This document shows positions 34,101 to 46,654 of a DNA stretch of 64,000 bases, piece after piece. The first letter of the stretch is position 1, and every line of letters begins with the position of its first letter. Below the pieces are notes generated by a model, which searched no databases, was not told the origin of the DNA, and saw only the letters and a program-made list of their open reading frames with translations. The stretch is from Antedon mediterranea (Eukaryota > Animalia > Echinodermata): NCBI RefSeq assembly GCF_964355755.1, contig NC_092673.1, positions 36,019,648 through 36,083,647 of the forward strand, read 5' to 3'. The position numbers and the translations under genes are program-made.

Positions 34101-37100
34101 TATATACAGTAAGTCAAAGATGTCTCAACCATTATTATAGGCAATGTCTTATAGGCAATTTCTTATATAAGTCAAAGATGTCTCCACCATTATTATAGGC
34201 AATGTCTTATAGACAATGTCTTATATAAGTCAAAGATGCTCTACAGGTGGAATGCGATCCTAAAATGAGTAGTTGTTATTTAGTACAGTTTATTTTTAAT
34301 GAATTTATACGTAATTTTACTTTCTATGGACCAGAGATTCTGAAATAACATAAAAAAACTACTTTATGTGTTGAGTATTGGCCAAGAAATGTTATATCAC
34401 ACTGCCGTAGTATTCGGTAATAATTTCAAAAATGAAATGAATGAATATTGTTATTATATTTTGAATGAATCATACATAAAAGAGAAAACAGTGTGTTCCC
34501 AAGTTGTTCTACTTGAACTCTTCTTTATGTTTTGACATTTTCACAAAACTTTGTTAAAGCTCAATTTTCAGATTCCATCATTTTTTCCTCGCTAACACTT
34601 GTCACAAACCTCATTTCCTTTTGCACAATCTGTTTCCGAATTTAGATAATGCTTGTTGATATCAAAAGTTTCAATATTATCAACTCTGATTCATAGGTGA
34701 CATTATAGATACCATCGGTCAACCAATATTATATTTACACACATGTCATCAATTATTATTTTATTTATTTACCAATAACTTTAGGTAAATCATTTTTATT
34801 TGAACATGCCGGAAACAAAATGATTTCCAAACAAATATAATGACTTTGTAAACAAATTGTGCATTTTTGTTAGTTTGTCAATATACTTTTCTTATCTGTC
34901 ATTTAAACTGTTATCAATAAATGATATCTAATTCTGTTTTTCTTCAAAAGGCTAAGTTATCACTTCCTTATACTGACAACTTTTTAAATTGAAAGTATTT
35001 TATAAGAATTTTGGATAGAGGTCTACGTAAGTTTATTGCATTGCTGAAAATGGACAACGTTCATTATAATTATTTAATGGTTTGTTTTTAAAACAAAGGT
35101 TACTATATAATAATGTATAATCTATTCGGACAGTCGCAGACTTAGATGAGGCTGAACAGGCTTTAGCACCCCTAAAATTGAACAACCACGTCTTTTAAAA
35201 ATAAAATAATGACTTTTTTTCTGCAATCCGATCGTTTTTATCATTTATGAAATATTTAACCCCACCCCCTAATCTATAATACTGGATCTGCCCCTGATTC
35301 CCCTGTATTTTTGCACATATAGAGGAGACACACTGGAGTAGTTACTAACTCATTGTTACTGTGTTTTCAAACTTGTTGCCTTTATTACTAATCCATTATG
35401 TTAAATCCTGGACGGCCTACCATCACGGATCTGATTGTGTGATTGTTGTTTGAGTGATTACTTCCACATTGTGGTCAAGTCCTTTCAAATGGGGAAACAC
35501 TTTATTTTACAGGTTTTGTGGTATTCATAATTTGTTTATTGTATTTTACAGGTTTTGTGGTATTCATAATTTGTTTATTGTATTTTACACGTTTTGTGGT
35601 ATTCATAATGTGTTTCATAGAATAAAATGATTTATAAAGAGAAAAATGCTATTTAAAAATGAATTGTATGATTTTAAAAATGCTTCTATTAGCAAATTTA
35701 GAGATTTTCAATTTCCTGATTCTCAGTACAATAGACATCTCCCTGAATAGACAGTGTTTAATTTATTTGTTCTGCAAGAACTAATCGCTGTGTCCTATGT
35801 TACTACAACAATAGTTTTCCGATATCTAAGAGAACAAAACAATTTTCCTCAGTAAGTTGAAAGAAATTAACACAGTTGTAGCGTTATAATATTTAGTTAT
35901 TTTGTTGAATTATGCAAAATTGAGCATTGTTGTATTCCTAGAAATTATGAAAGATGTAATTTAATTGATTGACTAGACAGCTTTCAGCAAATCTTTTTAA
36001 AACTAGTTTCGGGATAAAATTAATTACACATAATTTATAATATGTTGTAATATGTTGTATTTTCTATTAGATATTTATTTAATTATTGTTTTACGAGTGC
36101 ACTCTTTATGATAAGTTCATTTGATATATAATTGTAGTCATAGGAATCGCAGTATTTGTTATAATGTATTACTGTATATGTTCTAGTTTAACTATGATAC
36201 ATTAGTTCAATACGGTATATTAATGATAAATTAAGTCAAGCACTTGTTCAAATGTGATTAGGTACTTAAACCATCGCAAGTTGTTACATTATGCAGACCT
36301 CGACATTCGTATAAAAAACTTTTATAATACAGACAGCAGTCTCCATGGCAATATGGGATACTGCGAAATATCATTTTTTACATTGTTGCGGTTTAAGAGG
36401 CAACGTGCCAAATTTTATCAACACTTTTTATCCAATTATTACCTCATAAGTTTAATTGCAAATGTCAAACAAATTTTAAAGGATTTTCCTCTTGATTTTT
36501 CCAAGAAAGTTTAAATGAATTTAATATTACTCTATAAACTGTGCTATCATTATATAGATATGAAGTTTTTAAGGTAAAACATATATTTTACAGTTTATAG
36601 TTTAAAGTTTATATTTAAATCCATAACAATTATCATCGTAATCAAAATACCACAAAACGTATTTCCTACCAGATTATACTTGGTACCATGCATTTGAATT
36701 TCCATGATTAATCATGTTGGTAAACCACAGTAGTCCACTCGGTCAAAATATTAAATATTGGTACCATGCATATGAATTTTCATGATTAATCATGTCGGTA
36801 AACCACAGTAGTCCACTCGGTCAAAATATTAAATATTGGTACCATGCATATGAATTTCCATGATTAATCATGTCGGTAAACCACAGTAGTCCACTCGGTC
36901 AAAATATTAAATATTGGTACCATGCATTTGAATTTCCATGATTAATCATGTCGGTAAACCACAGTAGTCCACTCGGTCAAAATATTAAATATTGGTACCA
37001 TGCATATGAATTTCCATGATTAATCATGTCGGTAAACCACAGTAGTCCACTCGGTCAAAATATTAAATATTGGTACCATGCATTTGAATTTCCATGATTA

Positions 37101-40100
37101 ATCATGTCGGTAAACCACAGTAGTCCACTCGGTCAAAATATTAAATATTGGTACCACCATGCATTTGAATTTCCATGATTAATCATGTCGGTAAACCACA
37201 GTAGTCCACTCGGTCAAAATATTAAATACTATAAATTTATTATACTTAACTCTATTTACTTGTCAATTAAATGCCATATTTATCAATTATTATTTAATTA
37301 CTTGGGTGATATATTGGATGCAGGGTCTGAATTTCTATACATATCCAATCCTGTTGTTTTAGTTCCTAAGTTTCTAATGGTGAAACTTTACTCCGTCTTA
37401 TATTTTGAAATTGATAATAATTTAATTGATGTATAATTGTACTTAAATTGACTTAATATCAGTCCTCAATTTCGATTTATTTGTTTAATTTTCCCCAAAA
37501 AATAATAGCCTTAGTTGCGAAGTGTTGCTATACCGCCACCACACTTCAACTGTTGCAAAAGTGCAAGTTGATTTGTGACAGGAATCGGTTATGTTTTGAT
37601 TATATTCCCGAAGGGCGCATCTTACGTCAAAGCTTGTCGACTGTGTCCTAGCAAGAACTTGTATCATAGAGGTAAGAGAAGTCTTGATAAGGAATCCAGG
37701 AAGCTAATTCAAGAGCTTATAGGGCCTAGCTTTAATAGATAGCAACTATCAAATATGTCAATAGAATTGTCTGTGTCCCACTGTGAGCTCAACAACCAAT
37801 GAATTATAATTGAGAAAAATTGGCCCCTGGTTGTAAGTTTAATATCCTAATAAGGGCAATGCTTTTCTAAGTAAAAGGATTTCAATAAACTTCACTTTGT
37901 ATGAGACCATTTAAAGCATAATTGTTTAATAGTACCAGGGTTCACTCTTCCCTGAGAGTAAGTACCTACAGTACATTAAAAAAATTCATTATCCAATTTC
38001 TGTTTTTCATCAACTTGCATTAATTATACTCCTCCCCTTTTATACTCCTCCCATTTTATACTCCTCCCCTTTTATACTCCTCCCCTTTTTTACTCCTCCC
38101 CTTTTATACTCCTCCCCTTTTTATTCTCGCTTATCCTTTATATTCCTATATATTCTATTCCTTGTATTCTTCTTACCCATCCTTAGTTTTTCCCCTCATC
38201 TCAATACTCCTTCTCTTAACTTGTATTCTTCTTACCCATCCTTAGTTTTTCCCCTCATCTCAATACTCCTTCTCTTAACTTGTATTCTTCTTACCCATCC
38301 TTAGTTTTTCCCCTCATCTCAATACTCCTTCTCTTAACTTGAATGGCATTGGATGTACTTCCCTCCCCCTTTTATTATTGCTTCCCCCTTTTATACTTTC
38401 TTCTCACCCCCATCCATCTCAGTTTGTCATATTCCTCTTACCTTAAATGGCTTGTCTTTCATCTCCTCGTGACCTCTTGTCAAATATCCAGAAATCATAA
38501 CTTGTTCCAGGTTTTTTTTCAATGTGTTTACAGAATTAGCCATGATTTCCATCGAATGTTTTGGAATGGGGAACGCGCAGTTTACTTCTTTGGGGTAACT
38601 TCCAGTGGTTTTTCCCTATAAAATAAAAATTAAATAAGTTAATGGTTTTAAATTTGTATAGCGCAAAATACAAATAGTCTCTATGTGCTTTTTAATACAA
38701 GTGTAAAAAAAAAGAAAGTGTTGATGTAAAATAAACCAAGAACAAGCCTAATAAACCCAACAAATTGACCAAGACCACAGAAAAGAAGTCTGTACATCAT
38801 CTCTATAAAATCTCTGTATAGAATAATGATGTATGTGGGACCGTGGAAAATATTTGTACATCAGCTTACAACAATCATTCTATCTAGTTGGTTTTCTGAA
38901 AAAGATTCCAGACAATTCTGTATTAAAATTATTAATTTATATATATCTATTCACACCTCTCGTTAAATTATTATTTTTTGATAAAATGCAAAGGAGCCTG
39001 CAAAATCAAGAGAGGTTGTGAAACTAATTCCATATCTGGTTGTTGTAGATTAATCTCAATATAATCATTTATTTTGACCTAAATAAATATTATATTTTAA
39101 TTTGTTTAGATGACTAGGCCTTTGCAATAAGTTTGAACTATGTCAGGGCAACTTCTAAGAAAATGCAAGTTGTTTTGTATCAACCCTAATAATTTGGGCT
39201 CCATTTTTCTGCAACTTTAGATAAAATGATTAACATTACAGCATATAGAATTATATTTTGTGATATAAAATGACTGTGGTATATAATGTCTATACTAGAT
39301 GCATAAGCTAACATTTCCTGTACTATATCTCATAAAAAAAATATGATTTTGAATTTTAAAAGTAAAACTAACTTGAAAGTTTTTGTGTTAATAATTAGTG
39401 AATATTTTAATAGGGTATGGGTACTTCCTTCATCGGGAATTAGGTCACATTGATTTTAAATTGTTTTCAATAAAATGACTAATGAATATAATCCTTAATT
39501 TGACCTTTCATCAAAAATCTTTATTCTCATAGAAACCTACTTTTTGTAAGTTGGATTAACATTACCAAGAATATGTTGATTTTGATAAATGATTTAAAAA
39601 TAACATTATTTTGTGAAAATATATTATTTAATATTATTTATGTATGCAGTTCCCTGCATAGATTTTCTTGCATTATCATTGAATCTCAATCAAGAAACCT
39701 TTGCAACGTTTTTTGGTTTAGATATTTTGTTTAAAGCTTAAAATAACTACATAAAAGTTTATTAGAAATGATAATTAGCATCCTGTTTAGCCACAAGACT
39801 CACCAACCAGCATGATGCATAACAAGGTTATTTACCTTTCTACCATTATAATCCTCTTAATTAAGAACAGGATTTACAAATAATATGATTTCAATTTTTT
39901 AAATAATTTTTTAATACGTTTTGCACCTAATTAACAGAGAAAAAAATCTGCATAACTAACAGAAAAAATGATTAATGTACAGTTTCTTTATTAAGATGCT
40001 TTTATTAATTAGTTTTGGCTAAAAATGTGTATTATTAATTTTAACCCAAAACTGAATATATGAATGTAATAATAATAGTTTTTATTTACCTTGCTAACTT

Positions 40101-40134
40101 CATACTTTTGAAAAAGATCCACAGATGCATACAT
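28106..40134 (-). CDS. PH-domain adaptor with proline-rich middle and two C-terminal PDZ-like domains; exons 40134-40090 (tentative), 38615-38442, 33569-33325, 33026-32777, 32348-32171, 31816-30706, 30056-29952, 29715-29574, 28627-28529, 28387-28106
   Basis: In-phase GT-AG splicing. PH domain: MISGYLTR...KKFYVLR...LYLQADSKKIAQQWYTSL. PDZ-like segments LHIGDHLWRIND and VKSVSPSGPAFECG. PxxPxR and YxN motifs. First exon is less certain. Confidence 0.75.
28770..29017 (+). mobile_element. 3' fragment of a Rex1/Babar-like LINE
   Basis: Translates to RTNMFRKSFYPAAIQALN (RT C-terminal motif), followed by AATAAA and a (TGAA)n tail. Confidence 0.55.
30061..30542. repeat. 15-bp minisatellite (AATAGACAATGTAAT), about 32 copies
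   Basis: Near-perfect array abutting a splice acceptor. Confidence 0.97.
32446..32603. mobile_element. MITE, AGCTCTGTCTACACTATCAAACT family (copy 3)
   Basis: TTAA on both sides; intact right TIR; internal palindrome GTGATGTGCCC / GGGCACATCAC. Confidence 0.7.
33724..34240. repeat. 44-bp tandem array, about 11 copies with variants
   Basis: TAGGCAATGTCTTATATAAGTCAAAGATGTCTCAACCATTATTA. Confidence 0.95.
35151..35296. mobile_element. Degenerate MITE of the CAGGGGCGGATCCAG-ended family
   Basis: Ends CTGGATCTGCCCCTG; homologous to 26249-26430. Confidence 0.55.
35503..35609. repeat. 39-bp tandem array, about 3 copies
   Basis: TATTTTACAGGTTTTGTGGTATTCATAATTTGTTTATTG. Confidence 0.9.
36680..37228. 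repeat. About 59-bp tandem array, about 9 copies
   Basis: TTGGTACCATGCATTTGAATTTCCATGATTAATCATGTCGGTAAACCACAGTAGTCCACTCGGTCAAAATATTAAATA-type unit; unit length and copy number estimated by eye and could be nearer 78 bp x 7. Confidence 0.85.
38025..38341. repeat. Pyrimidine-rich arrays: about 16-bp unit (38025-38123) and 59-bp unit x3 (38161-38341)
   Basis: TATACTCCTCCCCTTT repeats; CTTGTATTCTTCTTACCCATCC... three times. Confidence 0.9.
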
Positions 40135-42145
40135 TGTGGATTATCTACTAAATCTGCTAATTTGTAACAAAACTACACGTGTGTATAGCCACATACGTCT
40201 ATCAGCCTAGCCAAAGTATTCTTAAATGAAACAATTTCCTAACTTTGATATAGAAAGAAGGGCTTCTATAAAAGGAAGTACAGGGTCAACCGCGGGGTCG
40301 ACCGGAGCCAATCACGGTTCAGGTCTAGCCATGTGTTTGTTGGATTGTCAGGCCTTCAGTTCTTACTGTTCTAGATTAATTTCTTCCACTTATTGAATGA
40401 TGATGTGGATTTAAATTTTTCACACGTTGGAAGTTATCATAATTAAAAATCCATTTTGAGGTCAATGATTAGTGACTCATGTTTTTCTTGATGATGTTCT
40501 TTTTTTCCGTTAAGATTGATAGAATAGAAGTTTCCTGATTATATAGTGGTAGTATTTAATTCACAAACAGCATCTACCTTAAACCAATGTAATGGTAAAC
40601 TTAATAATGTACTTAATTACCCCAAACCAACCAGCAGAATATTCTAACAGTTTTTATTTTATTGAGAAACTCCATGGTTTTGAGTGTATATTTCAGCAAA
40701 TTACAGTAAAAATAAGTTATTTTTTCTTTATATTTACCATAAAAAATAACTTTTCCTTCTTTTGATATAAAAAGTATTAGCACTCACCATATTATTATAT
40801 TGATGTCCGTAATTTGGTTAAAAACTGAATTTTCACATAGATATCCTACAAAATGGTGCTATTGATAATCAGTGTGCAATCCTTCATGTACAATTGGATG
40901 AGTTCCATAAACACAATCTACTTTTATACTAAACTAGTCTGTTTACTGCAAATCAGTTTGTGATTGGCTAGGACCATTGAGAAGCAACCAATCAGGGACC
41001 TATTGTCTGAATGAGCTGTATAAGCTAGCTATTTCCAGGAAGTAAATTTGAAAGATTTCTTACACCAGGATCTGAGCAGTGTGGCTCAATAACAAATGCA
41101 CTACATCTTCCCCATGTTTAAGCATTTAAACTAATAACTATTTATCTAAGATCTATTTCTATGTATGATCTAGGGGGCCTACCACAGAAACAGTGACCTT
41201 CAAATGACATAGGGCAAACTTGTAATTAATGATAACACGGATCCATGTTCTTGCTCAATCTCAATATGTACCAGGATGACGATGGCTGAGTACAATTGGT
41301 ACACACTTCCTTATCACATCCTGCCAAGCAAACTTTATTGAAATTTTCAATATTTTTAGGAAGTTAATTTCTTTTCAGTAATAAAAAAAAGTATAAACCA
41401 TACAACAAAAGTGAATCTTACGTTAAATTTTGTAGATTATCAAACTATTTTTATTTTGTTGGCCAATGTTAAAATTAATGTATACACATAAATGTTGTGA
41501 TATGTTTAGCTGTTATTGAGCAACATATTTTACCAGGAACAATATAATTTTTCTTTTTAAATAAATTCAAATTAAGTTCAAACTTATATTATTATTTATT
41601 GTTCCTATTGTTTGAATTCATACTATCATAGGAATTTTATAAGACAATAGTTTAGTATTACAGATAAAAATATGCTTATACATACCGGTACTAAATTATT
41701 TATAGAAAAAATCCTAAAATTAGTTTTTGGCAGAGTTTCATCCTGACTGCCAACATCTGTATTTTGCAATGTTTAGTATCAAAACACAAGTTGTTGTTAC
41801 TATTTTAGCAATTTTAAACAACAGAAAACCAATTGGGTGTTTATTTATAATTGAGACGCAATATGATAATATTGACACCATGTTGGTTCATTTAAGATTA
41901 ACTTAATAAACTGTCTTAAAGCCTGGCTTATAGCAAGATACTTGGATGTATATTTGGACCATCTTTCAGTTTGTTAATAACATCAGTATGGTTTATCCTT
42001 TCACTTTACAGATACTTTATTTGTTTTTTTTACCTCTAACCAAGATGAGATCAATTAGTCATTGTACTTCTTTGTTTAACATCTAAAAATAACTTGTCTC
42101 ATCTTTATGGTTTTCATCTTTCATATCCTTTGTTTTATTTTCAAG

Positions 42146-42455
42146 TTTTAATGTTTTCTTTTCATGAGTTACTATTAAATACTCATACCTTTTAATGTTT
42201 TCTTTTCATGAGTTACTTTAAAATACTCATACCTTTCCATAAATTCTGCTGAATATAATTGTAAATATACTTTATACTTATAGTAATTATTAATGCAGCC
42301 AATTCCACAGATGATTGCTGAAAATATTGTAAATATACTTTATACTTATAGTAATTATTAATGCAGCCAATTCCCACAGATGATTGCTGAAAATATTGTA
42401 AATATACTTTATACTTATAATAATTATTAATGCAGCCAATTCCACAAATAATTGC
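42146..42455. repeat. Two adjacent short tandem duplications (about 44 bp x2; about 63 bp x3)
   Basis: TTTTAATGTTTTCTTTTCATGAGTTAC... twice; TTGTAAATATACTTTATACTTATAG... three times. Confidence 0.88.
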
Positions 42456-42533
42456 TTAACATGAATTTTTATTTTCTAATTTGTGTCATGCTACAGTATT
42501 TGAATCTTTAGGAAATAGTTTTATAGTCAATAG

Positions 42534-43015
42534 TGCTTATTGTCTGCTGGCCTAACTGGGGCCTACCTTCTTAAACTCTAATGCTTATTGTCTGCTAGCC
42601 TAACTGGGGCCTACCTTCTTAAACTCTAATGCTTATTGTCTGCTGGCCTAACTGGGGCCTACCTTCTTAAACTCTAATGCTTATTGTCTGCTGGCCTAAC
42701 TGGGGCCTACCTTCTTAAACTCTAATGCTTATTGTCTGCTGGCCTAACTGGGGCCTACCTTCTTAAACTCTAATGCTTATTGTCTGCTGGCCTAACTGGG
42801 GCCTACCTTCTTAAACTCTAATGCTTATTGTCTGCTGGCCTAACTGGGGCCTACCTTCTTAAACTCTAATGCTTATTGTCTGCTGGCCTAACTGGGGCCT
42901 ACCTTCTTAAACTCTAATGCTTATTGTCTGCTGGCCTAACTGGGGCCTACCTTCTTAAACTCTAATGCTTATTGTCTGCTGGCCTAACTGGGGCCTACCT
43001 TCTTAAACTCTAATG
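42534..43015. repeat. 48-bp tandem array, about 10 copies
   Basis: TGCTTATTGTCTGCTGGCCTAACTGGGGCCTACCTTCTTAAACTCTAA. Confidence 0.96.
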
Positions 43016-43564
43016 AGGATTCAATAATGCTTACCTGAACTTTGATGAGATTGATACTAAAAAATCATGATTGTCATTTAGATCTTTAAGATTGCAGGGA
43101 CCTCTGCATTGATATGTTTCATTTAACCTTAAGTGATTATGTAGTTTAATATTTGTCACCTAAAGTCCTTAAAATTTGTCATAAATCACATAGTGAATCA
43201 TTATAGTGAAAACTTTTTACAACAACAATATTATACCTTTGGCAATATTAACAATAGGAGGCATGGCGGAGATGTATTAAAATCATTGTACCATGAAGAA
43301 ACTACATCCTGCTGACGTCAAGCTACCAGCTACTAAGTAATTCCCTTCATATTCCCTGTAAATCTATATTTAATCATTTCTATATTTAGAAATATTGATC
43401 TCTATTTAAAATGTTACTTTTCACTACTTCATCATATCTAGGAGAATTACTCAAATGAATGTAGAGACCTATTATGTAATAATTGAGCAAAAGTTAGCAG
43501 AACCAGAATATTTTTAATATTTCAAGCAGATGCGTGCGTGTAGACCGGGTATTACTTTTCGACT

Positions 43565-43970
43565 TTCAACGTCCGTGTCTGCTGACAACACTATAAACCC
43601 ATTCAACGTCCGTGTATGCTGACAACACTATAAACCCATTCAACGTCCGTGTATGCTGACAACACTATAAACCCATTCAACGTCCGTGTATGCTGACAAC
43701 ACTATAAACCCATTCAACGTCCGTGTATGCTGACAACACTATAAACCCATTCAACGTCCGTGTATGCTGACAACACTATAAACCCATTCAACGTCCGTGT
43801 ATGCTGACAACACTATAAACCCATTCAACGTCCGTGTATGCTGACAACACTATAAACCCATTCAACGTCCGTGTATGCTGACAACACTATAAACCCATTC
43901 AACGTCCGTGTATGCTGACAACACTATAAACCCATTCAACGTCCGTGTATGCTGACAACACTATAAACCA
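43565..43970. repeat. 37-bp tandem array, about 11 copies
   Basis: TTCAACGTCCGTGTATGCTGACAACACTATAAACCCA. Confidence 0.96.
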
Positions 43971-45712
43971 GGTTAATTAATCATTCCAACAGTTTGATGT
44001 AACTTTTATTTAACTTTAGTACTAAATTCTCAGCTGCTAACCTACGAAGGAATTGAATTCTCTTTAGATTAAATATGGCATATTTAGTAATATTTTGCCT
44101 AAATCTCAACCATTATGTTTTTTTTATTTTCATAGCAAACAGGGAATGGTGACTGTGTACTTAAGTGTGTGTACCAGTATATTAAAAAATAACATTTATT
44201 TATCAGGGAAAGACCTCAGTTTTTGAGAAAGACAATTTATTTTATACGAATCCTGCATTTATATGGTTCCTGCATTTATATGGTTTGAAAACCACCAGGC
44301 ACAATACAGTGTCAATTCCATACCAATTAGTAGTAGTAAATGTAAAAGTATTAATATTGTCTGGTTGATTTAAGACACTTAAATCTGTTTCCTTGCTTAG
44401 CATCAAAACTAGGTCCATGATCATGAACTTAATGGCTAGAAAAAAGAAAGTTCAGTTTGAATTTGATGAATCCTTTGTGTCTTAAATACAGTAGATCCTG
44501 CAATGTGTCAAGTAGGGTAGTACTACACTCTATTCCAGTGAGGAGTTTTGGCTGTATGTTGACAACAACAATAAAGATCAAAATTTGATCCTGAGAATCA
44601 TAATCATCGTATTATATTTTAGTAATAATTCAAATGGCAAACAAGTTTAAACCATTTTGCATAAAGATTATTAAATTTCTTATAAAATTATAATATTTTC
44701 AGAATTAATAACTCTCTTTTCCTGACTTTTTATTTTATCTGTTTGTTCCTGTTCTAACTTGTTTGTCTTGCTCAAATAAATTAATAAATGAAATTAAAAA
44801 AAATAAATAAAAGCAATGCAAATAGAATATCATTTTGAAATTGAGAAAACACATTAAAATACAAAATAGTTTCAGATTTACCAAAATATTTTTCTTTTTT
44901 TCTTTTGTTAATCTATATATAATATATTTCAATCTATTTATAAACTTTACAATAGTTCGTGACTGACGTAGAACAAAGCAACAAGTTCAACAATAATAAT
45001 TCAAATCCACGAGTTAATATTCACTCACAAATATTCTAGGATTGTGATGACGTTTAAGTATATAAAAATAAATTTCAAGGCTGTATTACATTGTGAACTA
45101 TTAGACTTTCAATAGAAAGGCATGCTTTATAACTTCCTTTATAGCCTCTTTCCAGAAATTATTAGAAATAATGGGTTTTGTTACGTTTGAATATACCTGT
45201 TTATAGTCACTATGATGTTGTTATAAATAAACTGACGTAAATACATTTTCTGATTAGTTTTTGAATCCGTATATTATTGTGAGAAATGAAATGATATGTT
45301 GGTAAATATGATATGTTGGTAAATCACTTTCTTTAACTGCATTTGTACTGTCTATTGTATCTATTTCAAACTGCTATACACTTTTTGGAAATTTAATTAA
45401 AATGTCAAAAGTGCAAAAAATCACAATATGTGTGAAATACATCATTGCCAATTATTAATTTTCTAAATATCCTATTGTACCTCCCACCACAAAATAGAAT
45501 GACATTTAAATCATCATAAGGTTGCGATATTATGGCCTGGTATTATTATACAGTAGGCCTAATATTGCTGTTTTTAAGGTGATGGCAATTTAGACAATGT
45601 ATATGAAATTAAAATTGTATATAAAGTAAGAGTGCGCTAATTGACTGTGTAAGGATGGATGAAGCTTAATGGCCCTACCAGGCTAAGACATGTACATCCT
45701 AAGTTACTGTTT

Positions 45713-45761
45713 CTTTTACCATAGAGATATTATAGTGAACATAATATCTCTATGCTTTTAC
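45713..45761. mobile_element. Probable P-superfamily excision footprint: 35-bp hairpin between 7-bp direct repeats
   Basis: CTTTTAC + CATAGAGATATTATAGT-G-AACATAATATCTCTATG + CTTTTAC. Confidence 0.65.
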
Positions 45762-46296
45762 TCAGAGCTTTATAATCGCAATTAAGGATGTGACAATAAA
45801 TCCTATATTAACTCTTAATCCAAACAGAAACTAAAGCTAAATCTCAGTAATTCAATATTAGTGCAGAAAATGTAAAAAAAAAAAATGTGTAGTTATAAAA
45901 AGAGTATTATTATGTGTTTTTAAGGTTTACAGTGTTTATTTTTGACAGTTGGCGCTTTATTTTTTACTCGCTCGCCCACACTTTCATTGTTTGCAAGAAA
46001 TACCACTCGACCTTCAGAAAATATTAGCAGCCATTTATATCTAAACCATACATGCCAACACTCCCGTTGTGGCTTGGAGACTACGTATTTCAAACTAATA
46101 TTGTGCTTTTTACTGATTTTAATCTCAACAAAATTCCCTCACATATCCACCATGCGATTCCGGTTGTGACTTTACACACTGCACTTCTTACATCTTGATA
46201 GATAGAGGTCACTATTGATCGAAAAAAACACCAACTCCCATTTTGTTAACTTCTTCAGATATTGGCATGTATTAATATGTTTTTTCTCTGTTTAAA

Positions 46297-46654
46297 AGCC
46301 CCACTGATGGATTCTATGCTATCTCATTGTATCAAGTTACAATGAGACTGTTTGCTATGTTGAGTACCAAATGCTAACCCTAACCCTAAGCCCCACTGAT
46401 GGATTCTATGCTATCTCATTGTATCAAGTTACAATGAGACTGTTTGCTATGTTGAGTACCAAATGCTAACCCTAACCCTAAGCCCCACTGATGGATTCTA
46501 TGCTATCTCATTGTATCAAGTTACAATGAGACTGTTTGATATGTTGAGTACCAAATGCTAACCCTAACCCTAAGCCCCACTGATGGATTCTATGCTATCT
46601 CATTGTATCAAGTTACAATGAGACTGTTTGCTATGTTGAGTACCAAATGCTAAC
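46297..46654. repeat. 92-bp tandem array, about 4 copies, with telomeric filler at each junction
   Basis: Units start at 46297, 46389, 46481 and 46573; internal junctions read CTAACCCTAACCCTA, absent from the outer ends. Confidence 0.95.

Noticed and set aside
34480-34720. Coding-like minus-strand stretch in the PH-gene intron
   Set aside because: Interrupted by stops and no recognisable domain.
42534-43970. 37-48-bp arrays as CRISPR-like
   Set aside because: Head-to-tail identical units with no unique spacers and no cas genes; eukaryotic context.
44104-44116. TCTCAACCATTAT matches the junction part of the 44-bp array about 10 kb away (distant templating?)
   Set aside because: A 13-bp AT-rich match found post hoc; chance cannot be excluded.
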